Positions 10,875-19,540 of a stretch of DNA of 59,204 bases are shown here, in pieces. How positions within the stretch are numbered: position 1 is the stretch's first letter; each line of letters opens with the position of its first letter. Source of the DNA: an uncultured bacterium (GTDB lineage Bacteria > Patescibacteriota > Microgenomatia > UBA1400 > UBA12108). Below the pieces are notes generated by a model. The model ran no database searches and had not been told where the DNA came from. It saw nothing but the letters and a program-made list of their open reading frames with translations. The position numbers were made by a program, and so were the translations under genes. The stretch lies in NCBI GenBank assembly GCA_903945195.1, contig CAJAUT010000023.1, positions 1 through 59,204 of the forward strand, read 5' to 3'.

Positions 10875-11072
10875 TCTACCAGATGCCCACTTTAGATTTA
10901 TGTTAAAGGTGCGGATATACGTCATCACGACGAGAATAAAAAAATCTCCCTTGCGGGAGAACTCCTAAACCAGATGTGAAACAAAATATTTACAGGCGAG
11001 AGTATCGAAGTATTTGGCCTGTTATTTTGATTTGCAGCATACTTGGGTTAAATGCTCTCCTGAGCGAACGCA

Positions 11073-11102
11073 ATTGTAACTCACAAAGGGGTGGTCGGTC
11101 AA
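11073..11102 (-). promoter_or_regulatory. sigma70-type promoter for tRNA-Ala-23S-5S
   Basis: TTGACC-N18-TACAAT on the minus strand. Confidence 0.6.
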
Positions 11103-11192
11103 GGGTTAAAGCTGAGTAATTATGTAATTAGACCCTCCAGGTAGAGATTTTAGACTAAAACGGTTACAATATCATTCGACAAGTTAATATTT

Positions 11193-11269
11193 GGGCAAGT
11201 GAGGCTAGTGGCCCTCCTGCATCAGCTGTGCTGAAAGCACTGCGGGCAGGTAGAACGCAATCCTGATAA
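11193..11269 (+). pseudogene. decayed 5' half of tRNA-Ile(GAT) with a palindromic insertion (11212-11250) in the D-loop
   Basis: GGGCAAGT...AGTGG[insert]TAGAACGCAATCCTGATAA aligns with GGGCGCGT...AGTGGTAGAACGCTTTCCTGATAA of the intact tRNA downstream. Confidence 0.65.
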
Positions 11270-11310
11270 AATACTTGCGTGCTCGAGAGTTAGTTAACAA
11301 TTAAATAGTT

Positions 11311-11382
11311 GGGCGCGTAGTTCAGTGGTAGAACGCTTTCCTGATAAGAAAGAGGTCCATAGTTCGATTCTATGTGCGCCCA
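11311..11382 (+). tRNA. tRNA-Ile(GAT)
   Basis: Cloverleaf with anticodon arm CTTTC-CTGATAA-GAAAG and TTCGA T-loop; opposite strand to the rRNA genes. Confidence 0.95.
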
Positions 11383-11394
11383 CTCCAGATCATC

Positions 11395-11658
11395 CTAATT
11401 AAAATTAATATCTTCAAAAGATGGTGAGGGTGAGACAGTCGAGGCTGTTCCCGTACTAGAGATTGAGAATGAAGCGAAATCGGTTGGAATTCTGTAATCA
11501 GAACCTGCTCTGAAACTCTTTTCTGGAGTACCTTCTAAGAATACGTTCACTTGAGTGCACATAATATTTGGACTCATAAGTGAAGAACAGTCCAAGCTTA
11601 TCCCGAGATAGCTTATGGCTAACAGTACAACAATTAAGTTATTCAATCTTTTTTCCAT
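11395..11658 (-). CDS. small hypothetical protein with hydrophobic N-terminus
   Basis: 87-aa ORF; TAGGAT 7 nt before the ATG. Confidence 0.45.
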   Translation of the reverse strand: MEKRLNNLIVVLLAISYLGISLDCSSLMSPNIMCTQVNVFLEGTPEKSFRAGSDYRIPTDFASFSISSTGTASTVSPSPSFEDINFN

Positions 11659-11801
11659 GCTTCATATCCTACATAAACAAGTCATTTTAATGCAATGCAT
11701 CAAACTGATTCAGACAATGTTCCGTTGAATCGATTCATCGGAATATTGTTATGATGTTTCGAAACATAGTGACATTGCCTACAAGGTTACACCTTGAAGG
11801 T

Positions 11802-12281
11802 CTAGACCAGGGCCAGGGCGACGACATAGTTTTTGCCATACACCTTTAGACACTTGGGACAGGTGGTGTAGTAGAGGTAGACCTTGTTCGTCGTATTCAT
11901 GGACTTGATCCACTTGGGTGCATCCTGAAAGGGACCCTCAAAAACTTTGGTTTTGAACTTGCCAGTTAGTTTGATGTTCTCTTGGCCTTTAACCTCTTTG
12001 GTGACTGAGAGTAAATGCTCGCATTTCCAGGGCGAGAGATCGTAGCTCATCAAGATAAATTCATCTTTGGAGTCGGCCTTGGCTTTGGTAATTTCTGCCC
12101 AAGTATTGGTCATCATTTTGTTCATATCTAGAGGCATATAGAAAAAGCTGTGAGTGTAGGCGCGGACAAAGGGTTTGTTTTTGAACTCAAAGGTCTTGCC
12201 GTCCCAGTCTTTAGAATTGAAGCGTGGACAGCAACCTGTTTCATTGTCTTTGCTTAGTTTTGGAACATGATTTAGGGTCAT
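11802..12281 (-). CDS. conserved hypothetical protein (GCCPRF...YYTTCPKC family, often annotated as hydrolase)
   Basis: Cys motifs GCCPRF and YYTTCPKC..YGKNYVV. Start reassigned to ATG 12281, which has GGAGG upstream. Confidence 0.75.
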   Translation of the reverse strand: MTLNHVPKLSKDNETGCCPRFNSKDWDGKTFEFKNKPFVRAYTHSFFYMPLDMNKMMTNTWAEITKAKADSKDEFILMSYDLSPWKCEHLLSVTKEVKGQENIKLTGKFKTKVFEGPFQDAPKWIKSMNTTNKVYLYYTTCPKCLKVYGKNYVVALALV

Positions 12282-12345
12282 GTGACCTCCATCAAATATG
12301 TTTGTTTGGTAATAGTTTAAGTATATACCTGAAGTAAATCCCACG

Positions 12346-12381
12346 AAAAATACCCCGGGCAACTTTGGTTGCTTTAGGGGT
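12346..12381 (-). terminator. putative intrinsic terminator after 16S rRNA
   Basis: Minus strand CCCC..GCAAC-CAAA-GTTGC..GGGG followed by TATTTTT, just beyond the 16S processing stem (12403-12429 complementary to 14789-14812). Confidence 0.55.
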
Positions 12382-12579
12382 TAGGTAAAAGTATCTAGAT
12401 ACTTTGCAAAGAGATGGTAGCACTCGTTTAGAAAATTGAGAGCTAATTATTTTATACAGTCAATTAGTTAAAAACTGCGACGTAACTTTTTTCCCCATAC
12501 AGGGCGGGGTCGTGATTCCCCTTTATTACTCCTAGAAAGGAGGTGATCCATCCGCTCCTTCCAGAACGGATACCTTGTT

Positions 12580-13285
12580 CATGTTTATTCCCCGACTTTC
12601 GTGGGGCATGGACTATATCTTCATCCTTGATATAAACGAAAGTATTTCTTTTTGTCTGGATGTGATGATCCGATAGTTGTAATAAAACTTTTATAACTAT
12701 CAGCTTTGACAAAGAATCTCCAATATTTTGGATCAATGTTCCTACTTGGATTATGAATAATCCCAGTGTGAATACTAAATTCCTCAAGTATTGTTTTGAT
12801 CTGATTTAGATCATCAAAATTCTTTTGTGCAAAGTATATATAGAACCGAACTTTCGAAGATTTGGCTATGCCTCCTTCTGCATCGAAATAACCTCGGACA
12901 TAATCAAGTTTATCTTGATCTGTTTTTATAGTTGTTTCGAGTAGAAGGGATTGAGAAAACTCTGTGATGTAAACATCACGTAGTTTTCCTTCTTGGTATA
13001 TCCAAGCTCTTCCACTTAGTCGTTTGATCCCTAGTGACAACATTTTTGCAAATGCCATCCCTTTTTGGGCAATACGATATGTGGTTTTGCGTTTGGTCCC
13101 ATCATGTAACATTCCAAGCAAATATGCTTTCGTAATATAAGGCGCTTGCGTATAGTCTCTACGGAGTCCTTGATTTTTATTTCGAGGTTCCCTCGGTATT
13201 CCCATGGTCCTATTATAGAACTTTAGGCTTCACCGATACAGCAAGATTTATCAAAAAAATTACTTTTTTTGGTCGCAACATATAT
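12580..13285 (-). mobile_element. group I intron in 16S at ~S1498 with homing endonuclease
   Basis: Splits AAGTCGT|AACAAGG; guide TGTTGCGAC pairs with both exons; AGAGACTATA and AAGATATAGTCC core elements; terminal G. Confidence 0.92.
12621..13205 (-). CDS. LAGLIDADG homing endonuclease (one degenerate and one clear motif)
   Basis: AYLLGMLHDG and YVRGYFDAEGG motifs, IYFAQKN. Confidence 0.88.
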   Translation of the reverse strand: MGIPREPRNKNQGLRRDYTQAPYITKAYLLGMLHDGTKRKTTYRIAQKGMAFAKMLSLGIKRLSGRAWIYQEGKLRDVYITEFSQSLLLETTIKTDQDKLDYVRGYFDAEGGIAKSSKVRFYIYFAQKNFDDLNQIKTILEEFSIHTGIIHNPSRNIDPKYWRFFVKADSYKSFITTIGSSHPDKKKYFRLYQG

Positions 13286-13843
13286 ACGACTTAGCGCTCA
13301 TCGCTGACCTTACCTTAGGTGGGCTCATCTCTTGCGAGTTTGAGACACCAACTTCAGGTACTGCCAACTTTGCTCACTTGACGGGCGGTGTGTACAAGGA
13401 GCGAGAACGTATTCACCGCAGCCTGCTGATCTGCGATTACTACCGATTCCGACTTCATGAGGGCGAGTTGCAGCCCTCAATCTGAACTGAGGGAAGTTTT
13501 AAAGGATTGGCTCCCCATTACTGGTTGGCTACCCATTGTACTTCCCATTGTAGGATGTGTGTGGCCCCAGGTGTAAGCGTCATGCTGACTTGACGTCGTC
13601 CCCTCCTTCCTCCCTTGATACTATCAAGAGCAGTCTCGCGTGAAAATTCAACACACGATAGGGGTTGCGTTCGTTATTCTACTTAAAGAAACGTCTCACG
13701 ACACGAACTGACGACAGCCATGCAACAGCTGTATATCACTCTCGAAGAAGTCCAGCTTTCGCTGGATTTGCAGATATATTAAACCTGGGTGAGGTCTTTC
13801 GCTTTGTATCGAATTAAACCACATGCTCCACCGGTTGTGCGCT

Positions 13844-13884
<41 letters not shown>

Positions 13885-14680
13885 TCCCAGGCGGGACACT
13901 TAACGCGTTAGCTTACGCCGACCAGAAAAATCCGATCAGCTAGTGTCCATCGTTTACGGCTAGGACTACAGGGGTCTCTAATCCCTTTCGCTCCCCTAGC
14001 TGTCGTCTATCAGCGTCATGAATTACCTAAGTATCTGCCTTCGCCTTTGGTGTTCCTCTTGATATCAACGGATTTCACCCCTCCACCAAGAATTCCGATA
14101 CTCCCGATAACCATCTAGTCTTGCAGTATACACAGCATGTCTTCCGTTGAGCGGAAGCCTTTAACCATATACTTACAAAACCGCCTACAGAACGCTTTAC
14201 GCCCAATAAATCCGGATAACGCTTGCACCCTACGTATTACCGAGGCTTCTGGCACGTAGTTAGCAGGTGCTTTCTAGAAAGGTACCTTCATTTTTTTATT
14301 CCCTTTCCACAGTGGTTTACGACCCGAAGGCCTTCTTCCCACACGCGGCGTCGCTGCGTCAGACTTTCGTCCATTGCGCAAGATTCCCAGTTGCTGCCAC
14401 CCGTAGGTGTAGGACCCGTGTCTCAGTGTCCTTGTGGGGGGTCGTGCTCTCACACCCCCTACCCGTCGTAGCCTTGGTGAGCCATTACCTCACCAACTAG
14501 CTGATAGGATACAGGCTCCTCTCTTCGCGTCCGGTAAAGGACTTTGACCCGTAGGCCATATGCGGTATTACCCCGCCTTTCGGCGAGCTATCCCCCACGT
14601 AGAGGTAGATTCCTATATATTACTCACCCGTCTGCCACTAAAACAATATTGCTACTGAAATCGTTCGACTTGCATGCTTA

Positions 14681-14723
<43 letters not shown>

Positions 14724-14838
14724 AAAAAGAGTTAAATCCAAAAGATTTATCGTGAAGATTATTAGTCTTCACTGTTACTCAAAGTTAAAAACGGTACTAC
14801 CATCTCTTTGAATTGTATTTAGATGTGTAGTTATTCTA

Positions 14839-14850
14839 TTGTTAAAGTAC
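14839..14850 (-). promoter_or_regulatory. boxA-like element upstream of 16S
   Basis: GTACTTTAACAA, identical to 10585-10596. Confidence 0.65.
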
Positions 14851-14946
14851 TGATTTTAGAGATCCGTGGGACACGCAAAAACTCGCCGAGGGAGAAATTA
14901 ATCTTTACCCTAGACAAGCAAGAGTGTATTCACAGATGTAAAAGGT

Positions 14947-14974
14947 ATTGTAGCAGAAGATGGCGCGGACGCAA
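14947..14974 (-). promoter_or_regulatory. 16S rRNA promoter
   Basis: TTGCGT-N16-TACAAT with TGn extension; a 16-bp spacer is typical of rrn promoters. Confidence 0.7.
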
Positions 14975-14978
14975 GTAG

Positions 14979-15218
14979 TTAGGTGGTGGCAAAATTGGAT
15001 TCGAGATCGGCGATGCGGACTTCGTGATCGTCGACTTTGGACTCTATCACTGGAATTTCTTTGCGGTCATCAGAAACAATTTTTAAAACTTTGTCTATAT
15101 CGACACGCAAAGGTGCAATTTGCTCAGAGATTTCTTCGTCAATAATTTGCCTAACTTTCATGTCGATAGCTGACTCTACTATTGCCTGGATTCGTTTGTA
15201 ATCAATTTTGTCTGACAT
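14979..15218 (-). CDS. small coiled-coil hypothetical protein
   Basis: 79-aa ORF just downstream of galE, heptad-like composition. Confidence 0.55.
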   Translation of the reverse strand: MSDKIDYKRIQAIVESAIDMKVRQIIDEEISEQIAPLRVDIDKVLKIVSDDRKEIPVIESKVDDHEVRIADLESNFATT

Positions 15219-15230
15219 AATTACGATATA

Positions 15231-16193
15231 TCACTTTTTGCTGTGCCAGTTGTAGGCACTTTTGATGATTGATTCGAGATCGGAGTGGGTGGGTGACCAA
15301 GATAGTTCTGATTGGAGGCGAGAGGAGTCGGCGACGAGCTCATTGGCGTCTCCAGGGCGGCGAGTCTCAAATTTTACCGATACTGGTTTGCCGGAAATCG
15401 ACTCCACCATTTTGATGATCTCTAGATTGCTGTAGCCATGGCCAGTGCCAGCATTGTAGGCAGTTGTCACAGCCTCAGGTGTCATGAGTTTTTCGGCTGA
15501 TAGGCGGAAGGCTTCGGCTAGATCTAGGACATGGATATAGTCGCGGACACAGGTACCATCAGGTGTGGGATAGTCGTTGCCAAAGAGAGTGAATTCTTTG
15601 CCTGCGAGTTGAGCACTTATGATATTTGGGATGATGTGAGATTCATCGTGATGATCTTCTCCAAGGCTATCTGTGGCTCCGGCGGCATTGAAGAAGCGGA
15701 TGGAGATAGATTTAAAGCCGTAAGCCTTGTCGTACCATTTAAGCATCCGCTCGGCTGAGAGCTTGGTTTCACCGTAGGGATTTTCGGGTTCTTTTTTATG
15801 ATCTTCAGGGATTGGGACCTGCACAGGATTGCCATATACGCCCGCAGTACTAGCAAAAACTAGTTTGTGACAGCCAGCCTTGATCATGGACTCAACTAGC
15901 GAAAGTGTGCCGATAAAATTGTTGTCGTAGTATTTGCGAGGATTGACTACACTCTCCCCCATCTGGATATAGGCTGCAAAGTGCATGACTACATCGGGGT
16001 GGAAACTAGAAAGAGTTTGGCCTAGGGTGCGAGCGTCTAGGATACCGCCTTTGACATAGGAGATGTCGCCAAGCTTGGCAGGCGTGTGGGAAGCGAAGTG
16101 ATCGTACACCAGGACTTCGTAGCCTTGATCTTTGAGGGTACGCGCGGTGATCGCACCTATATAGCCTGCACCACCTGTGATAAGTACTTTCAT
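15231..16193 (-). CDS. galE: UDP-glucose 4-epimerase
   Basis: ITGGAGYIG, HFAA, NPYGETK (YxxxK), TPDGTCVRDYIHV. Confidence 0.95.
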   Translation of the reverse strand: MKVLITGGAGYIGAITARTLKDQGYEVLVYDHFASHTPAKLGDISYVKGGILDARTLGQTLSSFHPDVVMHFAAYIQMGESVVNPRKYYDNNFIGTLSLVESMIKAGCHKLVFASTAGVYGNPVQVPIPEDHKKEPENPYGETKLSAERMLKWYDKAYGFKSISIRFFNAAGATDSLGEDHHDESHIIPNIISAQLAGKEFTLFGNDYPTPDGTCVRDYIHVLDLAEAFRLSAEKLMTPEAVTTAYNAGTGHGYSNLEIIKMVESISGKPVSVKFETRRPGDANELVADSSRLQSELSWSPTHSDLESIIKSAYNWHSKK

Positions 16194-16531
16194 GATTTTG
16201 ATTGTAGCTTTTTTAGGATCAATAAGAAAGCTATGGCTCCGAGAGTATCGAGGGACCAGTCCATGAGATCAAAGCTGCGACCGGGGATGCCTAGCTGAAT
16301 ATACTCGATGACTAGGCCATAGATACTAGTTAAAAGGATAGAGTTGATGGTAGAGATCTTGTCTAGTTTAAACAGGATGGCGAGAACTCCAAAAAAGAAA
16401 AAGTGACCACCATTGCTCAAGATCCAACTAAATAATGTGTCTGCTGAGGGGGCAAAGTTGGGGATGGTTGTGAGATAGAGGGTGAGTCCTGCCCAAGACA
16501 ATGTGAGAAACCACGCAAGATATTTATTCAT
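16190..16531 (-). CDS. VanZ-family membrane protein
   Basis: HFFFFGVL and IEYIQLGIPGRSFDLMDW motifs. Start reassigned to MNKYL. Confidence 0.8.
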   Translation of the reverse strand: MNKYLAWFLTLSWAGLTLYLTTIPNFAPSADTLFSWILSNGGHFFFFGVLAILFKLDKISTINSILLTSIYGLVIEYIQLGIPGRSFDLMDWSLDTLGAIAFLLILKKLQSKS

Positions 16532-16576
16532 GTATATATTATCGCATATAGTACCCATGAGGACAGTCCTCTAGTC

Positions 16577-17365
16577 TCACAGGTCAGACCCTTTTAGTCG
16601 CAGGTAGCGGTGGTATCCAAAGAAACTGGCGACAGAGAGGATGATCAGCCCTACTCCTATATAGATCACGGTTTTTAGTCTAGAACGATTGAGACTAGGA
16701 GCCTTCCGGGAGACTCCCGGAAGGCTGGGAGTAGGAGAACTGCCATAACTCGAGAGATCTATCTCTGTGGAGACGCCCGCGACGGTGGCATCTGAAATAG
16801 GCGAGAGCTCTGGACTAGGTGATGGTTTGGGACTAGGAATGGGTGAAGGAGATGGTGATGGAGTGGGCGTGGGGGTGGATGTAGGGCTAGGACTAGGCGA
16901 GGGTGAAGGAGATGGCGTGGGTACTACAGCTGCAAGACTCACTGTGAGGATATTTGAGTCTCCGGCACTACTAGTTGAACCACCTGTAAATCTACGTAGT
17001 TTGAGATCATAAAGTCCAGGACCTAGGTAATTTGGATCGTCTAGTTTAAATCTGAGTTTCACAGTGCCTGACCAAGTGGCATTTTTTACATCTGTAAAAA
17101 AGAAATTGCTGGAGATATATTCTTTTTCTGGACTACTAATATAATCAATGTAGTCCCCTTTGTTGTTTTGGGTCTCTCCGAAATATTTACTACTAGACTG
17201 TGAACGAATAGTTCCCTGAAGATAGTAATTTGAAGTAGCGGATAGGCTGGCGTTTACTGAAATCTCTAGATTTGAGACTACTGGATCTTTGATAGAGAGA
17301 TCTATTGCATGCGCTGTGCGACAAAATGTCATGACTAGGACTAACCCAAGACAAAGTTTTCTCAT
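16577..17365 (-). CDS. secreted, C-terminally membrane-anchored protein with Pro-Ser/Thr linker
   Basis: Signal peptide ending AHA, (PS/PT)n tract, C-terminal TM with basic tail. Confidence 0.8.
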   Translation of the reverse strand: MRKLCLGLVLVMTFCRTAHAIDLSIKDPVVSNLEISVNASLSATSNYYLQGTIRSQSSSKYFGETQNNKGDYIDYISSPEKEYISSNFFFTDVKNATWSGTVKLRFKLDDPNYLGPGLYDLKLRRFTGGSTSSAGDSNILTVSLAAVVPTPSPSPSPSPSPTSTPTPTPSPSPSPIPSPKPSPSPELSPISDATVAGVSTEIDLSSYGSSPTPSLPGVSRKAPSLNRSRLKTVIYIGVGLIILSVASFFGYHRYLRLKGSDL

Positions 17366-17387
17366 CAGAAACTAGTTTAGCAAAATA

Positions 17388-18677
17388 TTAATTGATTGTG
17401 ACACGATCTACTGCAGAAATAGCGGAGAGTGGATATTTGCTACTAAACTTTATGCTCCCACCATTTTCTGGAAAAGGATCGTTCATGATGTAGTCACTCC
17501 CCTCCTTGGCTTTGATCACCAAGAAATGGTCTGGTCCACCATAGATACCTACGACAACTGGTCGCCCTGCTGCGAGCTCTTCGTCTATTTTGGCTGTTGA
17601 GGAACCGATCCTAGTACGAGTGATGGTGACTCCATTTACATTCCAGCTACCTTGATTCATATAGGCTGTACTACCCCAAAAAGGATTGCTGCTACTGGCG
17701 ATGTCACCTGGAGTAAGAGATTTGCCGTAGTGGTTTGCGACCATGGCGACACTAGTCACAAGACATCCATACTCTGCCATAGAACTACTAGATAAGCCTA
17801 TCCCCTTGTTGCCCCACTGACTATCTCTTTGATTAAAGTAGCAACCCCAAGAGTCGCATTTAGTTTGATTATTTAAAATACTTGCCCCACCTTGACCAGA
17901 AACGAATTTGCTAAAAGCGCGCAACTGACGCTGGGCTGCTGAAAGAAGTAGTTGATACTTGGTCTCATCGTTTTTAGTATCTGCCAGTAGTTTGTTTTTG
18001 GAAGCGATCTGACCATTTAGCGCTGCTTTGTCTGAGTCGAGCTTGGCTTTGAGAGCTGCGATCTCTTTCATCTTTATTTCTTTTTGTTCTTTTTGCTGAC
18101 TGGCATCTAGGCGAGATTTTTCCAACTGAAGTAACAATGCCTGATCATGATCGCGCATTTTTTTGTTGTACTCCATACCGCGCAAGAGATCGCTTACGCG
18201 TGAAGTTTGTGCAATCAAATCGGTGTTGTAGGTTGTTTTGTGCATGTAAGTTTCTCTAACGCGAGAAATAAAGATTTTTGTAAGATCGTCGAGTGAGAGA
18301 TCGAGGCTATTTATAGTGCCTGACAAATCAGAGATTTCTATATTTAATCTATTTAGCTGCACGGTAGTACTTGTGACCTTGGCTTGCGTGATTTTGATCT
18401 GCGTATTTAGATAATCAAGAGCTGAGGAAAGTGTTTGTTTTTGACCAGAAAGATCGCTCAATTTAGAGTTGCAATCGGAGATGTAAGTATTTAAAGCTGC
18501 TTCATCTTTGGGCACTTCTTCACCACAGGTAGCGGCGTGGGCGGGGGCAGATAGAATACTTAAACTCAACACAATTACCAATAGGGTCTGACCTGGTCTC
18601 CAAATTGTATTTTGAAGTCGACTAAGCAACCCGCTATAGCGGGTTTTACTTAGCAGGTCAGACCCTGGGGTAATCAT
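17388..18677 (-). CDS. FtsEX-associated coiled-coil protein with C-terminal C39-like (papain-fold) peptidase domain
   Basis: Signal peptide, long coiled coil, NQRDSQW...GCLVTSVAM...HFLVI...NDP. ATG 18677 overlaps the ftsX stop (ATGA). Confidence 0.8.
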   Translation of the reverse strand: MITPGSDLLSKTRYSGLLSRLQNTIWRPGQTLLVIVLSLSILSAPAHAATCGEEVPKDEAALNTYISDCNSKLSDLSGQKQTLSSALDYLNTQIKITQAKVTSTTVQLNRLNIEISDLSGTINSLDLSLDDLTKIFISRVRETYMHKTTYNTDLIAQTSRVSDLLRGMEYNKKMRDHDQALLLQLEKSRLDASQQKEQKEIKMKEIAALKAKLDSDKAALNGQIASKNKLLADTKNDETKYQLLLSAAQRQLRAFSKFVSGQGGASILNNQTKCDSWGCYFNQRDSQWGNKGIGLSSSSMAEYGCLVTSVAMVANHYGKSLTPGDIASSSNPFWGSTAYMNQGSWNVNGVTITRTRIGSSTAKIDEELAAGRPVVVGIYGGPDHFLVIKAKEGSDYIMNDPFPENGGSIKFSSKYPLSAISAVDRVTIN

Positions 18678-19540
18678 CGACCATAACGCCGGGTCGCTAT
18701 CAGACTGGCGAGCGCCCCTATCAAACTGGCTAGTAGCACCTGAGCCCCTAGCAAAGACATAATGACCCAAATAGGTACTGGAAGCAGAGTGATGTCGCCT
18801 AGAAAACTCACGATATTTGGGGTCAGGTACAGCAAAGTGAGATAGGAAAATCCCCAACCCAAGATTGCGCCTGTGATGCCATAAATCATACCTTCACTGA
18901 CAAAAGGTGAGCGAATGTACCAAGATGTTGCGCCAAGCAAAGAAAGTGTGTTGATCTCGGTTTTTCTGGCTGTAAATTTAAGTCCCAAGATAATAACGAT
19001 AGTGGCAAGTGAAGCCAAGATGAGTAGTGATGACAAAGCAATACCTGTGGTCCTGATACCTGTGACCCATTTGCGAAGTGTATCGATGACGTCTTTTTGA
19101 AAGACCACTTCCTCTACAAAATTTTGTTTTTGCATAACGGCTGCAATTGTCTCTAAATCAGAAGCATTTTTAGCAGATACTTCTAGACTAGCTGGCAAAA
19201 TATCGGCTGTGACCATCTCTAGGAGCAAAGGATTGTCTGAGTTTTGAGATTTGTAGATCTCTAGAGCATCGTCTTTGGAGATATATTTTGTATTGTCTAG
19301 TTGGACTGTGGAAGCAAGTGTGGACTTTAAAGTTTCTACTTCTGAGGACAAGGTATCGTCTTTAAAAAAGGCTGTGACCTGTGGGCGGGACTCAAAAAAA
19401 GCAAGCATAGAATGAGCGCCTAGTACTACAAGAGCAAAGACACTGACGATAAAGAAAGTAATAGTGGTCATAAAAATAGCCGCTAGGGACTGATAGGGAG
19501 AGCGACGCATGTGTTTGAGGACAGTGTTTTTTTGGGTCAT
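18674..19540 (-). CDS. ftsX: cell division permease FtsX
   Basis: 4-TM layout, ILPASLEV, EINTLSLLGATSWYIRSPF; coupled to ftsE. Confidence 0.9.
   Translation of the reverse strand: MTQKNTVLKHMRRSPYQSLAAIFMTTITFFIVSVFALVVLGAHSMLAFFESRPQVTAFFKDDTLSSEVETLKSTLASTVQLDNTKYISKDDALEIYKSQNSDNPLLLEMVTADILPASLEVSAKNASDLETIAAVMQKQNFVEEVVFQKDVIDTLRKWVTGIRTTGIALSSLLILASLATIVIILGLKFTARKTEINTLSLLGATSWYIRSPFVSEGMIYGITGAILGWGFSYLTLLYLTPNIVSFLGDITLLPVPIWVIMSLLGAQVLLASLIGALASLIATRRYGR

Noticed and set aside
16805-16925. Pro-Ser/Thr tract as a DNA repeat element
   Set aside because: Codons vary, so it is an ordinary low-complexity protein linker.
18678-18857. N-terminal extensions in the ORF track (also 12362, 16558, 24818, 36229, 39647, 42033, 53595)
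   Set aside because: They overlap neighbouring genes or terminators; downstream starts have ATGA coupling, an SD or a -10 box.
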